From positions 46,004,001-46,068,000 of the forward strand of contig OX597835.1 of NCBI GenBank assembly GCA_951406725.2: 64,000 nt of DNA, read 5' to 3'. Shown here piece after piece: positions 1 through 13,746 of the stretch; the stretch's first letter is position 1, and each line of letters starts with the position of its first letter. This DNA comes from Octopus vulgaris. Its lineage: Eukaryota. Both the position numbers and the translations under genes were made by a program. Under the pieces are notes generated by a model that made no database searches, had not been told where the DNA came from, and was given only the letters and a program-made list of their open reading frames with translations.

Positions 1-65
<65 letters not shown>

Positions 66-350
66 GCATGCATATCTATATTATTTATTCTTGTGTGTAT
101 GTTGTTGTACGCGAGTGTTAATGAAGTTATCCTCTTCATGGAAGCAATTTTTTTTCTTCTTCAAAGCGAACATCGTGTGATATCGGAATACGTCAATGCA
201 TACATAATGAGATTATATCCATTGTAATTTATTTTGTGTTATTTATTATGATGTACTGGATGTTATTTTCTTCACATACACACACACACACGCGCACACA
301 TTTACACCCAATCTGAAACAGACACAGACATACATACACGCGCACACACA

Positions 351-403
<53 letters not shown>

Positions 404-519
404 TACGTAATTTACGCTTATATATGTATATATGTGCATCAATACGTATGTATACCTATTTCTAGTGTATGTTCTTTCATACATGTATGTGTATATGCAT
501 ATATATGTATGTGTGTATG

Positions 520-553
<34 letters not shown>

Positions 554-673
554 CATACATATATATATATACATACATATATATATATACATACATATAT
601 GCATATCTTTATATATACATATGCAAACACATATCTCTCTATATATATCTATACATACTTGTGTATATGTAGA

Positions 674-709
<36 letters not shown>

Positions 710-719
710 CTCACATACG

Positions 720-761
<42 letters not shown>

Positions 762-860
762 AATATATATATATGTGTGTGTGTTATGTATGTATTTATT
801 TTCATATATCTGTACGTTCTTGTCTATACATGTATGTATGTATATATTCATGCGTTTATC
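1..860. repeat. Compound (TA)n/(CA)n/(TATG)n microsatellite tract
   Basis: Direct dinucleotide and tetranucleotide runs. The YIYI-type ORFs here are repeat translations. Confidence 0.95.
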
Positions 861-1292
861 CAAAATTACAATAGAAGCTGAAAAATGCCTCGTACTAACC
901 CCCACCACTACCATCGTCATCACCTCTTCCTCCAACACCGCCACAAACACAACCAACACCACCGCCACACCCACCAGCCTCACCACCACCCTACTATTAC
1001 AGAAAACTGAAGTAAATGCCAAAATTGTTGCCAATACAAAACGTGTTAGGAAATTAAATAGTTCAAAGTTGAACTGCAGCAGTTGTTGTTGTTGTTGTTG
1101 CCGTCGTAGCTGCTGCTGCTGCTGCTGCTGTTGTTTTCTCGCTACAATTTTGATATCTGATGATGTTGCTTTTTAATTTTTGCTTTTGCTGCCATTGTTG
1201 TTGTTCGTATTGTTGCATATGTCGTTGCTGCTGTGTTTGGCTTGGCTCTTACTCATGCTCATGATAATAATGTTGATTTTAGTTCGTATAAT

Positions 1293-1730
1293 CTTCTTCT
1301 TCTTCTTCTTCTTCTTCTTCTTCTTCTTCTCCTTCTTCTTCTTCTTCTTCTTCTCCTTCTTCTTTTTCTTCTCCTTCTTCTTCTTCTTCTTCTTCTTCTT
1401 CTTCTTCTTCTTCTTCTTCTTCTTCTTCTTCTTCTTCTTTTTCTTCTTCTTCTTCTTCTTCTTCTTCCTTCTTCTTCTTCTTCTTCTTCTTCTTCTTCTT
1501 CTTCTTCTTCTTCTCCTTCTTCTTCTTCTTCTTCTTCTTCTTCTTCTTCTTCTTCTTCTTCTTCGTCTTCTTTTCCTCCTCCTTCACCTCCTCCTCCTCT
1601 TTGCCATCGTCCTTTTATCGCACCCTCCCAGTGCCTTATTTTCTTCATTTTCCGTTTTCATTTTTTCCATATTCTTTTACTTCTTTTCCTTCACCTCCTC
1701 ATTTGCTTCCTGCTTCTTCTTATTGTTATT

Positions 1731-1784
<54 letters not shown>

Positions 1785-1925
1785 TTACTACTACTACTAC
1801 TACTACTGCTACTACTACTACTATTACTAATACTACCACCACTACTACTACTAATGATAATAATAATAATAACAATACTAATAATAATAATAATAATAAT
1901 AATAGTAATAATAATACTATTGCTA
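1293..1925. repeat. (TTC)n followed by (CTA)n/(TAA)n trinucleotide arrays
   Basis: About 280 bp of TTC repeat, then CTA and TAA runs. Confidence 0.95.
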
Positions 1926-2057
1926 TAACGATGTCTTCTATTAATATTAATACTACTAGTACTACTACGTTTACTTCCTTTTCTTTGTCTTCTGTTTACT
2001 GACTTTGTGGCAAGATCGAATCAAATTGCACAAATACAATATATATACATAGATACA

Positions 2058-2145
<88 letters not shown>

Positions 2146-2851
2146 TATTTAAAATAAATATTGATACTCATAACAATAATATCACCGCAAAGAATAACGA
2201 TAAAATGAAGGCTAAAATTAAATGAAGAATACTAATAGTAATCGAACGATAATAATTATGATAGAAATGGCAAGTTAATTGAATATAGAACGAAGGTCAA
2301 AGCGATTTGAATATGTATGGACTGCAACAGGTCAAGTTAAGAACATGATGGCCTACGATGCTGAGAGAAATTCATGCATTCATGGATTGGTGCTACCCAA
2401 CAAGGCAATTTCTGCGAGATTAACATCCGGTCCTTAGTTTCTCGAACCTTCCACGTTGTCTTCTATTATTGTGGCCCTTTAACTTAAACATCCGCACCAA
2501 CATTGTGGGTGCCACTATTTTCTCTCTTCTCTCCCGTGTTTTCTACCCAGTGTGTATCTAACTCAAAATTAGTTGCATTAAATAAAACTTTGTATCTGTC
2601 CCTTCCAGCATTATTACACAGACCATCAGTTGAAGCCTATAAAGCCAGCGGCTCAAATATTGTCTCATATATAACTTTCCCAATTGCAGAGCGAGCCCCG
2701 CATTTCGTTGAAACTTTTCAGACTTTCTTTCGTTATAATGATACGTCCCTATATTTGGGATCATGCTTGAGTATGCCCCTTCCCATCAAGGACTATTATT
2801 TTCACCAAAATTCTGCCTATCGTATTCACAATATATCGGTTTCAAATTTAT

Positions 2852-3025
2852 CGGCACAAATCCAGCAGTTTCGGGACAGAGGGTAAGCCGATCACATCGA
2901 CCCCTGTGCTCCACTAGTACTAATTTTATAGATCCTGAAAAGATGAAAGGCAAAACCAACCTTGGCGGAATTTGAACTCGGAACGTAAGCGTGGAAGAAA
3001 TACTGCTAAGCATCTTGTTGCCGCC
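2852..3025 (-). mobile_element. tRNA-derived SINE family A, degenerate copy
   Basis: Matches other window copies: gatgaaaggcaaa..ggcggaatttgaactc (B-box GAGTTCAAATTCC on the minus strand). Confidence 0.8.
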
Positions 3026-3549
3026 TTCGTACTCAAGATATATTTAGAAACAAAACTTAAAATATGCGATGGAAAACCATTAACAGCAACATTCAGTAAT
3101 CCTTTGAAATATCTCCTCATTTGGTGACTCAATGTATGGCTTTCGTAACGACAGATCTCCTAGAAATTTAGTTTTCATTATTAATCAACAGTGTCGTCGA
3201 TATTTTTGCTGGAGGCAGTGTTTATGAACTTAATTCATACAAAGTTGTCGATTGTATCTGATAAGCAAATATTTCTGGTAAGAAAATATCTTTAATGGTT
3301 TCAAACACTCCGTTGTATTTGGTGAGAAAACACTTTCTCAGCTGACAGAACTCTTTTCAACGTACATACTTTTCACTCTCTTGTGCCAGAGGCTTTGATT
3401 CATCATGTTATAAAATATATCGACTTTCTGTCCGTCAGCTTCAGTACTATCTCCTTACATGTCTGTTATAACAATTTAAACTCTTTATTTATGCTCCTAA
3501 TCTCGCGCATCATGTACAAGCAACCAAAAAATCTCAGATCAAATCTACA

Positions 3550-3940
3550 TTGTTGAAATTGAAACTGGCAAAATGTGGAACCTGAAGACGAAAACAATAC
3601 CTGTTGTAATATGTGCCCTAAGAATGATAGCAAAATGGGCTGACTGCTACCTAGCTCAAATACCAGGAACCTCAAAATGGTAGAAATTCAAAAGATAATG
3701 CTCATTAAACTTCCCATGTCCTACGTAAAATACTGTCAGTGTAATCTCAAATTTTTAAACACACTCATAATTTTCTCGTTTTTCGTAAACATTCTCTAGA
3801 ACAATTCTTTGTACAAAACCAAATATATGACCCTTTATGCATAATGCCAACTTGAATTTCTAACTTGTTGTCTCTTGAGGTCTCTGGGTGAGACATGGTG
3901 TCAACGGGTTAAGCAAAAGTCAAATATAAAATAATAATAA
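3550..3940 (+). mobile_element. R4/Dong-like non-LTR retrotransposon 3' fragment (C-terminus of REL endonuclease region)
   Basis: Degenerate translation EIETGKMWNLKTKTIPVVICALRMI...IQKI...HVLRKILSV*, followed by a 3'UTR and a short (TAA)n tail. Confidence 0.75.
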
Positions 3941-4113
3941 TTATAATTACAAATATCATTTGAAGTTGAATGTCTCCCACAATAATTAACAACCAAATAT
4001 CAAATATAATATCGTGCGAAAAGAGACCCTGTGAGACATCTTACGGCAGGCTGCTGTCAGCTCTTACAGATTATACCAGAACAAACAAGACCGATCATTC
4101 TGAGAAGTAAAGC

Positions 4114-4189
<76 letters not shown>

Positions 4190-4190
4190 T

Positions 4191-4388
4191 AAGCACAAGG
4201 TCTGAAACTTGGGGGTGGGAGATAGTCGATTACATCGACTCCAGTGTGCCACTGGTACTTAATTTACCGACTCCGAAGAACGAAATGCAAAGTCAACCTC
4301 GGCGGAATTTGAACTCAGAACATAGCGGCAGATGAAATACCGCTAAACCTTTCGCCTATCATGCTAACTATTCTTCCAGCTATCCGCC

Positions 4389-4390
<2 letters not shown>
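4191..4390 (-). mobile_element. SINE family A (older tail type) inside (TAA)n
   Basis: Family A head, central domain and tail are present, with (TAA)n on both sides. Confidence 0.85.
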
Positions 4391-4472
<82 letters not shown>

Positions 4473-4482
4473 GTAATAATTA

Positions 4483-5037
4483 AAGTTGTGAAAGTGAAAA
4501 TCTTGTGCAGAAAGAGTGCAAGCGTAGACACGACAAGGTAAACCAAAACCTCCACTGGCTACTATGCCTTAAGTATGGATATGAAGTTACGGGTGCTTGC
4601 TAACAACATACACCGAAAACGGTAATGGACGAAAAGGGGAAGGTAAAAATCCTGTGGGACTTTGATTTCCAGACAGACAAAGTATTAGAGCACCGAAGGC
4701 AGGATATAGTAACCTTTAAAAGGGAAAGACAAGAGTACCTAATAATTGACGTGAAGTGCCAGGAGATCAACATATCATCATGAAAGGAAGAGAAAAAGTT
4801 GATAAATATGGCGACCAGAGAATTGAGATCGCTAAGATGTGGCAGCTACAAGAGTCAAACATAAAGGTTATCCCTCTCCTCATCGGGGCATGGGGTTCAA
4901 TACAACACAATCTGAAAAATAGAAAAGGCATCTGAAAACTTTAGAAATACCCTACAATCAAATGTCGGTATAACTTAGATTTGCACGTATATTACGTAGT
5001 GTCTGTCTGAGGTCCTTGTTGTGACTTGACAAACAGT
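4483..5037 (+). mobile_element. R4/Dong-like REL-LINE 3' fragment (second family), frameshifted
   Basis: Translation KECKRRHDKVNQNLHWLLCLKYG...KILWDFDFQTDKVLEHRRQDIV...LIIDV/VPGD...EKVDKYGD...IAKMW...IPLLIGAWG contains the RHD, PD-like and KxxKY motifs of restriction-like endonucleases. It starts directly after (TAA)n. Confidence 0.85.
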
Positions 5038-5495
5038 ACATACTCTGGGATATGCCAATACACACAGATAGAGAAATTAAGGCCAACAGACCATATATAG
5101 TTGTCAGAGATCATCAAGAAAAATGCTTTCTAATTGATGTATCAATACCGGCAGATGACAACGTGTCTCTAAAAGAAATGGAGAAACTCTCAAAATACAA
5201 AGACCTGGAAATAGAGGTAACCAGAATGTGGAATCTAAAAACAGAAACAATTCCTATTATAGTAGGTGCATTAGGCATGATAAAAAATATTCAGACAAAT
5301 GCATAACAAAAACACCAGGACTTACAAACACATATAACATACAGAAAATTGCACTACTAGGCACTGCACACATTCTACGCATAACATTTTTCATACAGTA
5401 ACCATCAGAGCATCACAACAAATCACAGCACATACCCAAGGCACACAGAGCTGCGCTCGGTAGTGAAGTGAAAGCACGTTATAAAAATAAAACTA

Positions 5496-5500
<5 letters not shown>
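5038..5500 (+). mobile_element. R4/Dong-like REL-LINE 3' fragment (third family) with 3'UTR and (TAA)n tail
   Basis: ORF 5052-5306 plus upstream codons: ILWDMPIHTDREIKANRPYIVV..CFLIDVSIPADDNVSLKEMEKLSKYKDLEIEVTRMW..IPIIVGALG, continuing IQKIALLGTAHILR after a frameshift. Ends in long (AAT)n. Confidence 0.9.
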
Positions 5501-5585
<85 letters not shown>

Positions 5586-5621
5586 ATAAATGATAATAAT
5601 AATAATAATAATAATAATAAT

Positions 5622-5672
<51 letters not shown>

Positions 5673-5673
<1 letters not shown>

Positions 5674-6157
5674 CATTGTTTTGTCTTGGTATAAAAGATG
5701 GGCTACAGCAAATATTCTGCTCAATACCACAGATTTGCTTGTCAGTTGTTTGACCTTAACCAGTTGAGCATGTCCCTTAGTGGCTGACGATATGTGCATC
5801 TCTGATCACGAGCAGAAGTAGTGGGGGAGTATCATAGCCATGTGTTGAGAGGGATTCTTTGGGGTTTGAATAGTTCACCTCTGGAAACATGGGTGGTTCT
5901 TTCAACATCCTTAAACAACCCTTATTCAGGGACCGTTTGAGCAGGATGGGCTACTCAAAATGAAGAAAATTCTAACTGGGCCCCACCTGCAAGGTCATGT
6001 GCTGTTTATCTTGATATGAGTTCACCATGTCGCGCACATATGGTTGTGATGCATGTGCCTGGTATACCCTTATCAGACGGGCAGTCATGATGGGTATATT
6101 GGGCTTCGTATATTTTACCCCAGTGTCATTTTGAAGGCATGAACTGCTCTCTCACTC

Positions 6158-6158
<1 letters not shown>
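5673..6158 (+). mobile_element. Non-coding (AAT)n-tailed retroelement 3' region
   Basis: Bounded by (TAA)n on both sides and ends ...gctctctcactc(aat)n. Homologous copies at 6195-6298 and 13746-14180. Confidence 0.75.
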
Positions 6159-6193
<35 letters not shown>

Positions 6194-6194
6194 T

Positions 6195-6297
6195 GTACCT
6201 GGTGTACCCTTATCAGACTGGTAGTCATGATGGGTATATTGGGCTTCGTATATTTTACCCCAGTGTCACTTTGATGGCATGAACTGCTCTCTCACTC

Positions 6298-6298
<1 letters not shown>
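6195..6298 (+). mobile_element. 5'-truncated ~100-bp copy of the 5673-6158 element
   Basis: Near-identical to 6053-6158, with (AAT)n on both sides. Confidence 0.85.
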
Positions 6299-6372
<74 letters not shown>

Positions 6373-6815
6373 GTTATCAGCGTTAGGTTAAATTCGATTC
6401 TTTCGTTTATCCTTGCAACACGTAGCATTGGTTCTGAAATTGTTTACCCCTAACAAAGAGGAAAAAGTATTTTATAAATAATTTCACACAATTGACCTTC
6501 TGACAACCAAGAGGTCAATATGATAAGTTCGAGATTAAAAATGAATCGACAAAATGTCTTTTGATATTATTCTGTTGTTGATTCAAAGACGCCATTGACT
6601 GAGAGTGAGAGACTGACCCCTTCAGTTCATATTTTCCTTTTTCCTTCCCTCTGAATCCGCTTTGATCTGATTGATACAAGAGGGATATTGATCAGTATGT
6701 AAATATAAACATACGATATTTTATTACAAAGTTATTGTTGATTACCTGCCTTGAATTAGTGCCAATACAGTGACCACAAATGTACAAGTTTCGTATGAAA
6801 TATGTATATGAATGT

Positions 6816-6885
<70 letters not shown>

Positions 6886-7219
6886 ATGTGTGCGAGAGCG
6901 TGAAGCGTTGTGGCTAGAGTATACGGGTCCTTCTTCAAAAGACGTGAGCTCAATACGTAAAACAACCATTATGTTAGAGTCTGGAATGAGACAGTTCATT
7001 TCAGTTTGTTTCATTTTAATCAACTGATTAAAACGAGTTATGCTGCTTGTCTCTCTTTCCCAGGAGTCACACTGAGTGAGTTATTCTGGTGAAGTTGTTG
7101 TGGAGTTTGGTGCAAATCGTTACTATGAAATACCACGATTATATTAGGCAACTAAAATAAGTTGCGAAGTTATCTTGTATGCTGTCAACTCATAAAACCC
7201 CGACAATGAAATCTGTAGC

Positions 7220-7259
<40 letters not shown>

Positions 7260-7384
7260 GCAAACACACATACGCATAACCATAAACATGCACACACACA
7301 CACATATTTGCTTGCAAACACACACATACACATACACAGCTTCCTTCAGGGACAGATAAATCTATAAACTATAGCATGCAAATT

Positions 7385-7522
7385 TTATTTTCTACTCTAG
7401 GCAGAAGGGCTGAAATGTTGAGGGATGGTGGGGCAGTCTATTAGATCGACCCCAATACACACCTGGTACTTAATTTATCAGCCCCGAAATGATGAAAGGT
7501 GAAGTCGACCACGGCAGAATTT
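7385..7522 (-). mobile_element. SINE family A partial copy
   Basis: gatcgacccc..ctggtacttaatttatc..gatgaaaggtgaagtcgacc. Confidence 0.75.
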
Positions 7523-7681
7523 ATAGTATGCAAATATTGAGTTAAAAATCATTTTTATAGAAAAGTCGAAGGTTACCCGTTTAAAGAGGACGTCGCATTT
7601 AGAAGAGATGTGAGTTCGTGTCCCATAAGCAACATAGCATTTTCCCAATCCGAAAGGTGTTTAACCCAACATTTGCACACT

Positions 7682-7903
7682 AAGTCGGTGAGATGGCAGA
7701 ATCTGTAGCACGCCGGGCAGAGTTGTTTAGAGGCAATTCGTCCACTTATGTGTTCTGAGTTCAAATTCTGCCGAGTTCGGTTTTGCCTTTTATCCTTTGG
7801 ACGTCGATAAAACAAGTACCAGTTGAGTATTAGGGTTGATCTGATGAGCTAGCCTCCTACTACTAGAAGTTTAAGGCCCTGTGCGTACAGTAGAAGGGGT
7901 TAT
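7682..7903 (+). mobile_element. SINE family A degenerate copy
   Basis: ggcagaatc..agcacgccggg..ttctgagttcaaattctgccgag..gtcgataaaacaagtaccag. Confidence 0.8.
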
Positions 7904-8101
7904 TTATAATTTTTCTGCTTCGTGTTCAACCGTTCTGATGCAGAAATATTTCCCGTTCTCTCGATGTTTATAAATTCTTATGATGTTCACACAATACATG
8001 TATACATCCGCACACACACATGAATATATAAAGGATCAGGATCAAAGTTCCCTCCACAGTCATAGGGTCCCAAAGACATCTTTCCAAATTTTCTAGCATA
8101 T

Positions 8102-8152
<51 letters not shown>

Positions 8153-8218
8153 CATACATACATACACATATATACATACGTACATACATACATATATACA
8201 CATACATATATTTATATC

Positions 8219-8269
<51 letters not shown>

Positions 8270-9379
8270 GTATATAAGCATATATGCATATATCGTACGA
8301 TTGCTTATTTTTTTTCCAGCTGAGAGGACTGGAGAAACATGAAATGAACTGTTGAGTTGAAAAGTTTTCCACGATTCAAATCCACAATATTAAGGTGATT
8401 AAAACACTAAGCGTTAAATAAAATTAAGCCACGTACCTCCAGATATGTCAATATGCGTAGATATAAATCGTATCTTTCACTTTATGCGAAAATGATATTT
8501 GTATGATATTTGTATGAAACTTTTGCTAAATATTCTTTGAGGAAATAGTAACGATCTTTGCTGAATTATAGTAAAAAAAAGTTAAAAAAACAATCAAAAT
8601 GATATTTCTGCAGAAAACATCCGAGGTTTTTCATTCTTACGTGCTGCATGTCTTAAAATATAATCTTTAGCTTTAATTTTGGCCTTTATGATAGCCGTCT
8701 TGAGATTTTTGTTCTTCTGCCTCAAATAAACTTTCGTGAAAGTATAATTCCTAAACTGGTTCATTTTGCAAATATTATATAATTAATGCGCTGCTTACTG
8801 TTTCAAGTGAGTAACAATTCTGATAACATATCCTTTCACTCAAACGTCAAGAAACTGCGTTATATTTGTGTTTTTCCACCAGCTTTTGTGGAAGCAATCC
8901 GTTTGTCTCTCGTTTTTAAACCGTCTAAAATCTTCCAAAGAAGGCAGATTTTTTTTTATATCAGTGTCACAATTATAATGACAGGGTGAAATTAGAAGGA
9001 TAGATGAAATCTTGGAATTTTGCCATGACTAGAACTTCAGCAAAGGTTAGAGTAAGCTCTTATGAAAGTGGAATAAATAATAGTTATCAGTAAATATATA
9101 TATATTAAAATCAATCAAAGGACATAGTCAGTATGTCTACTTGCTGGAAATAACAGTCAAAACACTTATTTTAATCGCCAAAATATACTGACAATAACTA
9201 CAGAAATCAACCGTCCGAAAGCAAACGGGTTGAGACAATATCCCAGCATACATTCAAGAATTTGGATTCACGTGAACCGGTTTCTGGACTGGCATAATAA
9301 CCTCACCTTCCTCAGCACACATTACCATGATAGAGAGCGCCAACCCGTATGCGTATATGCGAGTATGTATGTATGATGA

Positions 9380-9793
9380 TGTAGCTGTGTGGTAAGAAGC
9401 TTACTTTCTAACCACATGGTTTCGGGCTCAGTTCCAATGTGTGGCACCTTGGGCATGTGTCTTCTACTGTAGCCTCGGGTCGACCAAAGCTTTGTGAGTG
9501 GATTTGGTCGTGAGAAACTAAAAGAAGCCTGCCGTATATGTGTATATGTGTATATATTTGTGCGTGTGTGCCTCTTTTTCTGTCTCTCCCACACCACCAT
9601 TGCTTGACAACCGATGTTAGCGTATTCAAGTCCCCGTATCTTAGTGGGCTGTCGAAAGGGACCGATAAAATAAGTCCTAGGCTTACAAAAAGTAAGTCCT
9701 GGGGTCGAATTCCTCGACTAAACCCTTTAAGGTAGCGCTCCAGCATGGGCGCAGACAAGGGACTGAAATGTGTAAAAGAATAAAAGAATAAAA
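9380..9793 (+). mobile_element. tRNA-derived SINE family B with internal TA/TG microsatellite
   Basis: gctgtgtggtaagaagc..ccacatgg..ttgggcatgtgtcttctact..ccagcatggg..gactgaaa..(taaaagaa) tail. Homologous to 20586-21001 and 54317-54716. Confidence 0.85.
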
Positions 9794-9858
9794 CATATAT
9801 GTGTGTGTGTGAGCATGTGCGTGTACATATCAATATGTATATAATATATATATTTGTG

Positions 9859-9907
<49 letters not shown>

Positions 9908-9908
9908 C

Positions 9909-10004
<96 letters not shown>

Positions 10005-10940
10005 TTGTGTATGTATATATATATATATTTATATGTATATATATATATATGTATGTATGTATGTATATATGTAAGTATATATATTGATATGTGCATATTT
10101 ATAAGTATGTATGTATACATACATACACATATGCTTGAGTCTGTATGTATATATGTATACACACACGTATGCATGCGTATAAACATATCTACATACATAT
10201 GCACATACATACATGTACAAGCACATATGTTTGCTGGCCGAAAACAACACCTCATTAGGAATAACATTAATTTAGATTTTGCTTGGCCCTTGTAGACCTG
10301 CCGGTCACCAGTTCTGACAGCTCAAAGAATGGTATTTTATGCTTCAGAAACAATTTATCGAATTTACAGCGTCAAATATAGATCTGCTCTATTTAGAGTC
10401 CGTTCACTATGATTACTGACCAACACCAAAATACATTTCTATATTTCTACATTTGTAAAAGTACTTGCATTCTTAATGAAACTAGTTGGGATTGCTATTA
10501 TTATTACCATTACTGAATCCATATTACCGATATTGGCAGCGTCGAAGAATTTTATCATCGTTAACCAGATGGGGTATCGAAGTTATTTGTTTCTCTTGGT
10601 TTTCATCAGTCCATACCACTGAATAATTTTTCTCTATTTTTTAAGTTTTCATTTTTATTGCCATTTTTTATATTCCAGTTTTTATGTTGTTGTTGTTGTT
10701 GCTGTTGTAGTTGTTGTTGCTATATTTTATTTGTGTGCTGATTTGTGCGAGCAAATTCAGAAATAACCAAATGGATATATTATCGAACACTCTGGATAAT
10801 CAATTGTGATTGTTATTTCTAGTAACTAGTTACTTTTGATGTTGCTGTTGCTCCTGCTGTTGTTGCTGTTGCTATTGCTGCTGTTGCTGCTGCAGCAGCT
10901 TTTGTTGGTCTTGGTCTTTTGTTAGTGTTGTTGTTGTTGT

Positions 10941-12550
10941 GACGGTTGGTCACCAAATCAGCACTAATCAACACGGTACAACATCACAAGCATTTCATAA
11001 TGAACAATGTACATGATGGTCTCAACCGGAATATATGATTCCCACTGAAATCACAAATTTTTTATATTCAAAAGTAAAACTTGTCCTTCATCCATATTGC
11101 ACGAAAAAAAACGAGAAGGTCTCGGTTGGGATATCATATTCATTATTCTGTCAATGTAGACTCGTTTGAAGACAGGGATTTGGACATTTTTACTTCAACA
11201 TCTTCTATATACTTTTGTAACTTCATTTTCTAAGACGGTGTGATGTTAGGGATATTACAACTTGACTGCTAGTATTCCCCTGAATACTAGTATTCCATAG
11301 AACCTTCAATTAGACTTGTTCCCAACTGATTCTAATTGTTGTTACTATGAATTTAGCTTTCTTTTAGCGAAGATGCATGGAATTGCATAATCAAAGTCAA
11401 CTTTATCCAAAGTGGCACCAGTTTCAAAACAGTCCCTTGCTTTCGTCTTGGCGGCCTGGAGCACTGTTATCTCTTCCTCGTTACCAAGCAAGACTGCGGC
11501 TACTATCCAAGCCACGTCGACGTCTGGGGGGGGGGATTCCTTCTACGTTGACCCTTATAGCTCTCCTTCCACCATATATTGGCAGCATCACTACTTCCTC
11601 GTTCTTTAATATTGTTGACGAGTTCAAACTTGCACTGCCTACATCATTAAATTGGATTTTAATTGTACCAAATTCACTGCCTCTTGTTAAATACCTAATA
11701 TCCTTCCATACGGGCCTTAGTACATTTTCCACTTGGGTCGTCGTCATCTCTTTAATTCTTCCTTCGGCCACTGAGTGTGTTTAATACACTATCGTATATC
11801 TTGTTATTTTATCAATTATCTCCATTTGACGCGTTTACTTCCACCTTTGTTCTGTCCTTTTTTAAATCATTTTAGAGTATTTCTTCCAGTCTTCCAAATC
11901 CACATTATTTTCTGATACCTTAACCACTTCTCCGAAGCTTCTTTCCTTCCCGTTAGCCCATGAAGTGTCCGTTTGCTCAGAATCGGACACCTCAGTGTAT
12001 CTGTTATCAGACGAGCTGATTTCTTCCATTTTTTCCTTTTGCTTACGTTCCTGTATGAGGAGGGAAAGCACAACTAGCCTGCCACAAGGCAGCGAAAACC
12101 AGAGTGTTCAAAGAACAGCCAAGATTCAGATTCACATTGCAGCGGGCCTTAAGTTTTTTTTTTAAAATCCTGTTAAAGAAAGTGGAAGACCGGGCCTCCA
12201 ACAGCCAATAACTTTTCACCATCCCCTGGTATGTATTTGCCGATCGAGAAACTCCTTCCAAATTATACGCAATTGTCTAAAGAACAGGAGAATTATGCGA
12301 AGCCTTATTGTCCTTGTTCCTAACTTGTATAAAATCACAAGATTCTCATGGCTCGAACAGTTTTGAGTAGAAGGCTACTCGGCCAGTGCTGGCTTGGAGC
12401 TATGCAGTAAAGAAACCAATTTAAAAAAAGATAGAAGTTAAACCACGATAACTACAGTAATCTCAGAGCAATAAACCTGAAGAACAAAACTAATTAGAAC
12501 TTTGCAATAGAAACTGGCAACATTAATTACAGCAATGAAAATGCCACAAG
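10941..12550 (-). mobile_element. Degenerate L1/Tx1-clade LINE remnant (ORF1-like N-terminus plus 3' portion)
   Basis: Broken ORFs 11862-12071 and 11481-11771 (..IRYLTRGSEFGTIKIQF..MLPIYGGRRAIRVNVEGIPP/DVDVAWIVAAV) resemble the RRM-like region of Tx1/L1 ORF1. The 3' end abuts (CAA)n on the minus strand. Boundaries are approximate. Confidence 0.5.
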
Positions 12551-13389
12551 ACATTTTAAATGAAGCTCTAATGATTCTGTCCATCGCTCTGCACGGTATT
12601 ACTCAAGTGTCACCAATTTGAGCATTAAGTGTCATTACCTTGAGCGCCATGAGATTGCTATTATTTTCATTATTACAGTAGTTTCAAGAAAACCATTGTC
12701 ATTAGACATAACGTTGCATTTCGCGTATTGATTGTCACCAATCTCACGCTCTGCCTTATGAATGTACCATGGTCTTAAAATTTACCAGTGTATCAGTATT
12801 TCGTCTCTTGGTATTGTTGTAGATTTTAGCCTCATTATTGGGTGATTATAATGTGATAATTGGTAGGATTAAACTATAATTAAGCAAATGCTGTAATTGC
12901 TATCAGAAATAAATACGAAGAGAATGAGGTCCATGACAGGAGAGGCTGGTACTCTGAGTAAAGGAGATATATTCAGAATGAAGAATAATCGTAAATAAAG
13001 ACTATATACATACATACATGTGTACTTACAGACAGAGAAGCATACATGCATACATTTTGCATTGAATTAAAAAGTAATAATTGACGAAAGCCAATTGTCG
13101 TTGATCAATATTTCTCCATTGTCTGTTTACTTTAGATTTGATTCCTGATAAACTCATATTTATCTTTGTCATCACTTGTAACCTATGAGCATAATATGCT
13201 TGCATATGTATGCACAGAGTTAATATATGTAATTATACCGGTAGTGTAACAGATACTGTTATCCCTTAGACGGTTTTTCAAACTTTAACTCTACTAACCT
13301 TATATATATATATGTGTGTGTGTGTATGTGTGTGTGTGTGTATGTACGTATGTATGTATGTATGTATGTATGTATGTATGTATGTATAT

Positions 13390-13420
<31 letters not shown>

Positions 13421-13682
13421 AGTTTACTATGTTCGTGTTCTTATCATTTACTAGAAATACTAGATTTCTACAATCTGCCTAGATTGTCATGTCTTTCCTT
13501 GTATCCTTTCTGACCAATATGCTACATTCTCTTACTATATGAGTAACGCTTTCCTCCTTTGATTTGCATAATCTACATTGGGAATCTACACGGATTTTGT
13601 CTATCTTGGCTTTTATTAAATTAGTTATTAATACTTGATCTTTTGCAGCTACTTATAAAAGAAACCATTATAATAAATGAAC

Positions 13683-13745
<63 letters not shown>

Positions 13746-13746
<1 letters not shown>

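Noticed and set aside
302-2225. Long ORFs rich in YIYI, poly-L/F/E/R and similar (also at 16-19 kb, 24 kb, 26-27 kb, 54-58 kb)
   Set aside because: They are stop-free translations of microsatellites, open in several frames and on both strands, with no domain content.
2503-2886. 127-aa non-repetitive ORF (also 43884-44472, 45022-45234, 48829-49240)
   Set aside because: No recognisable motifs or convincing splice signals, several have non-ATG starts, and the lengths are compatible with chance or decayed TEs.
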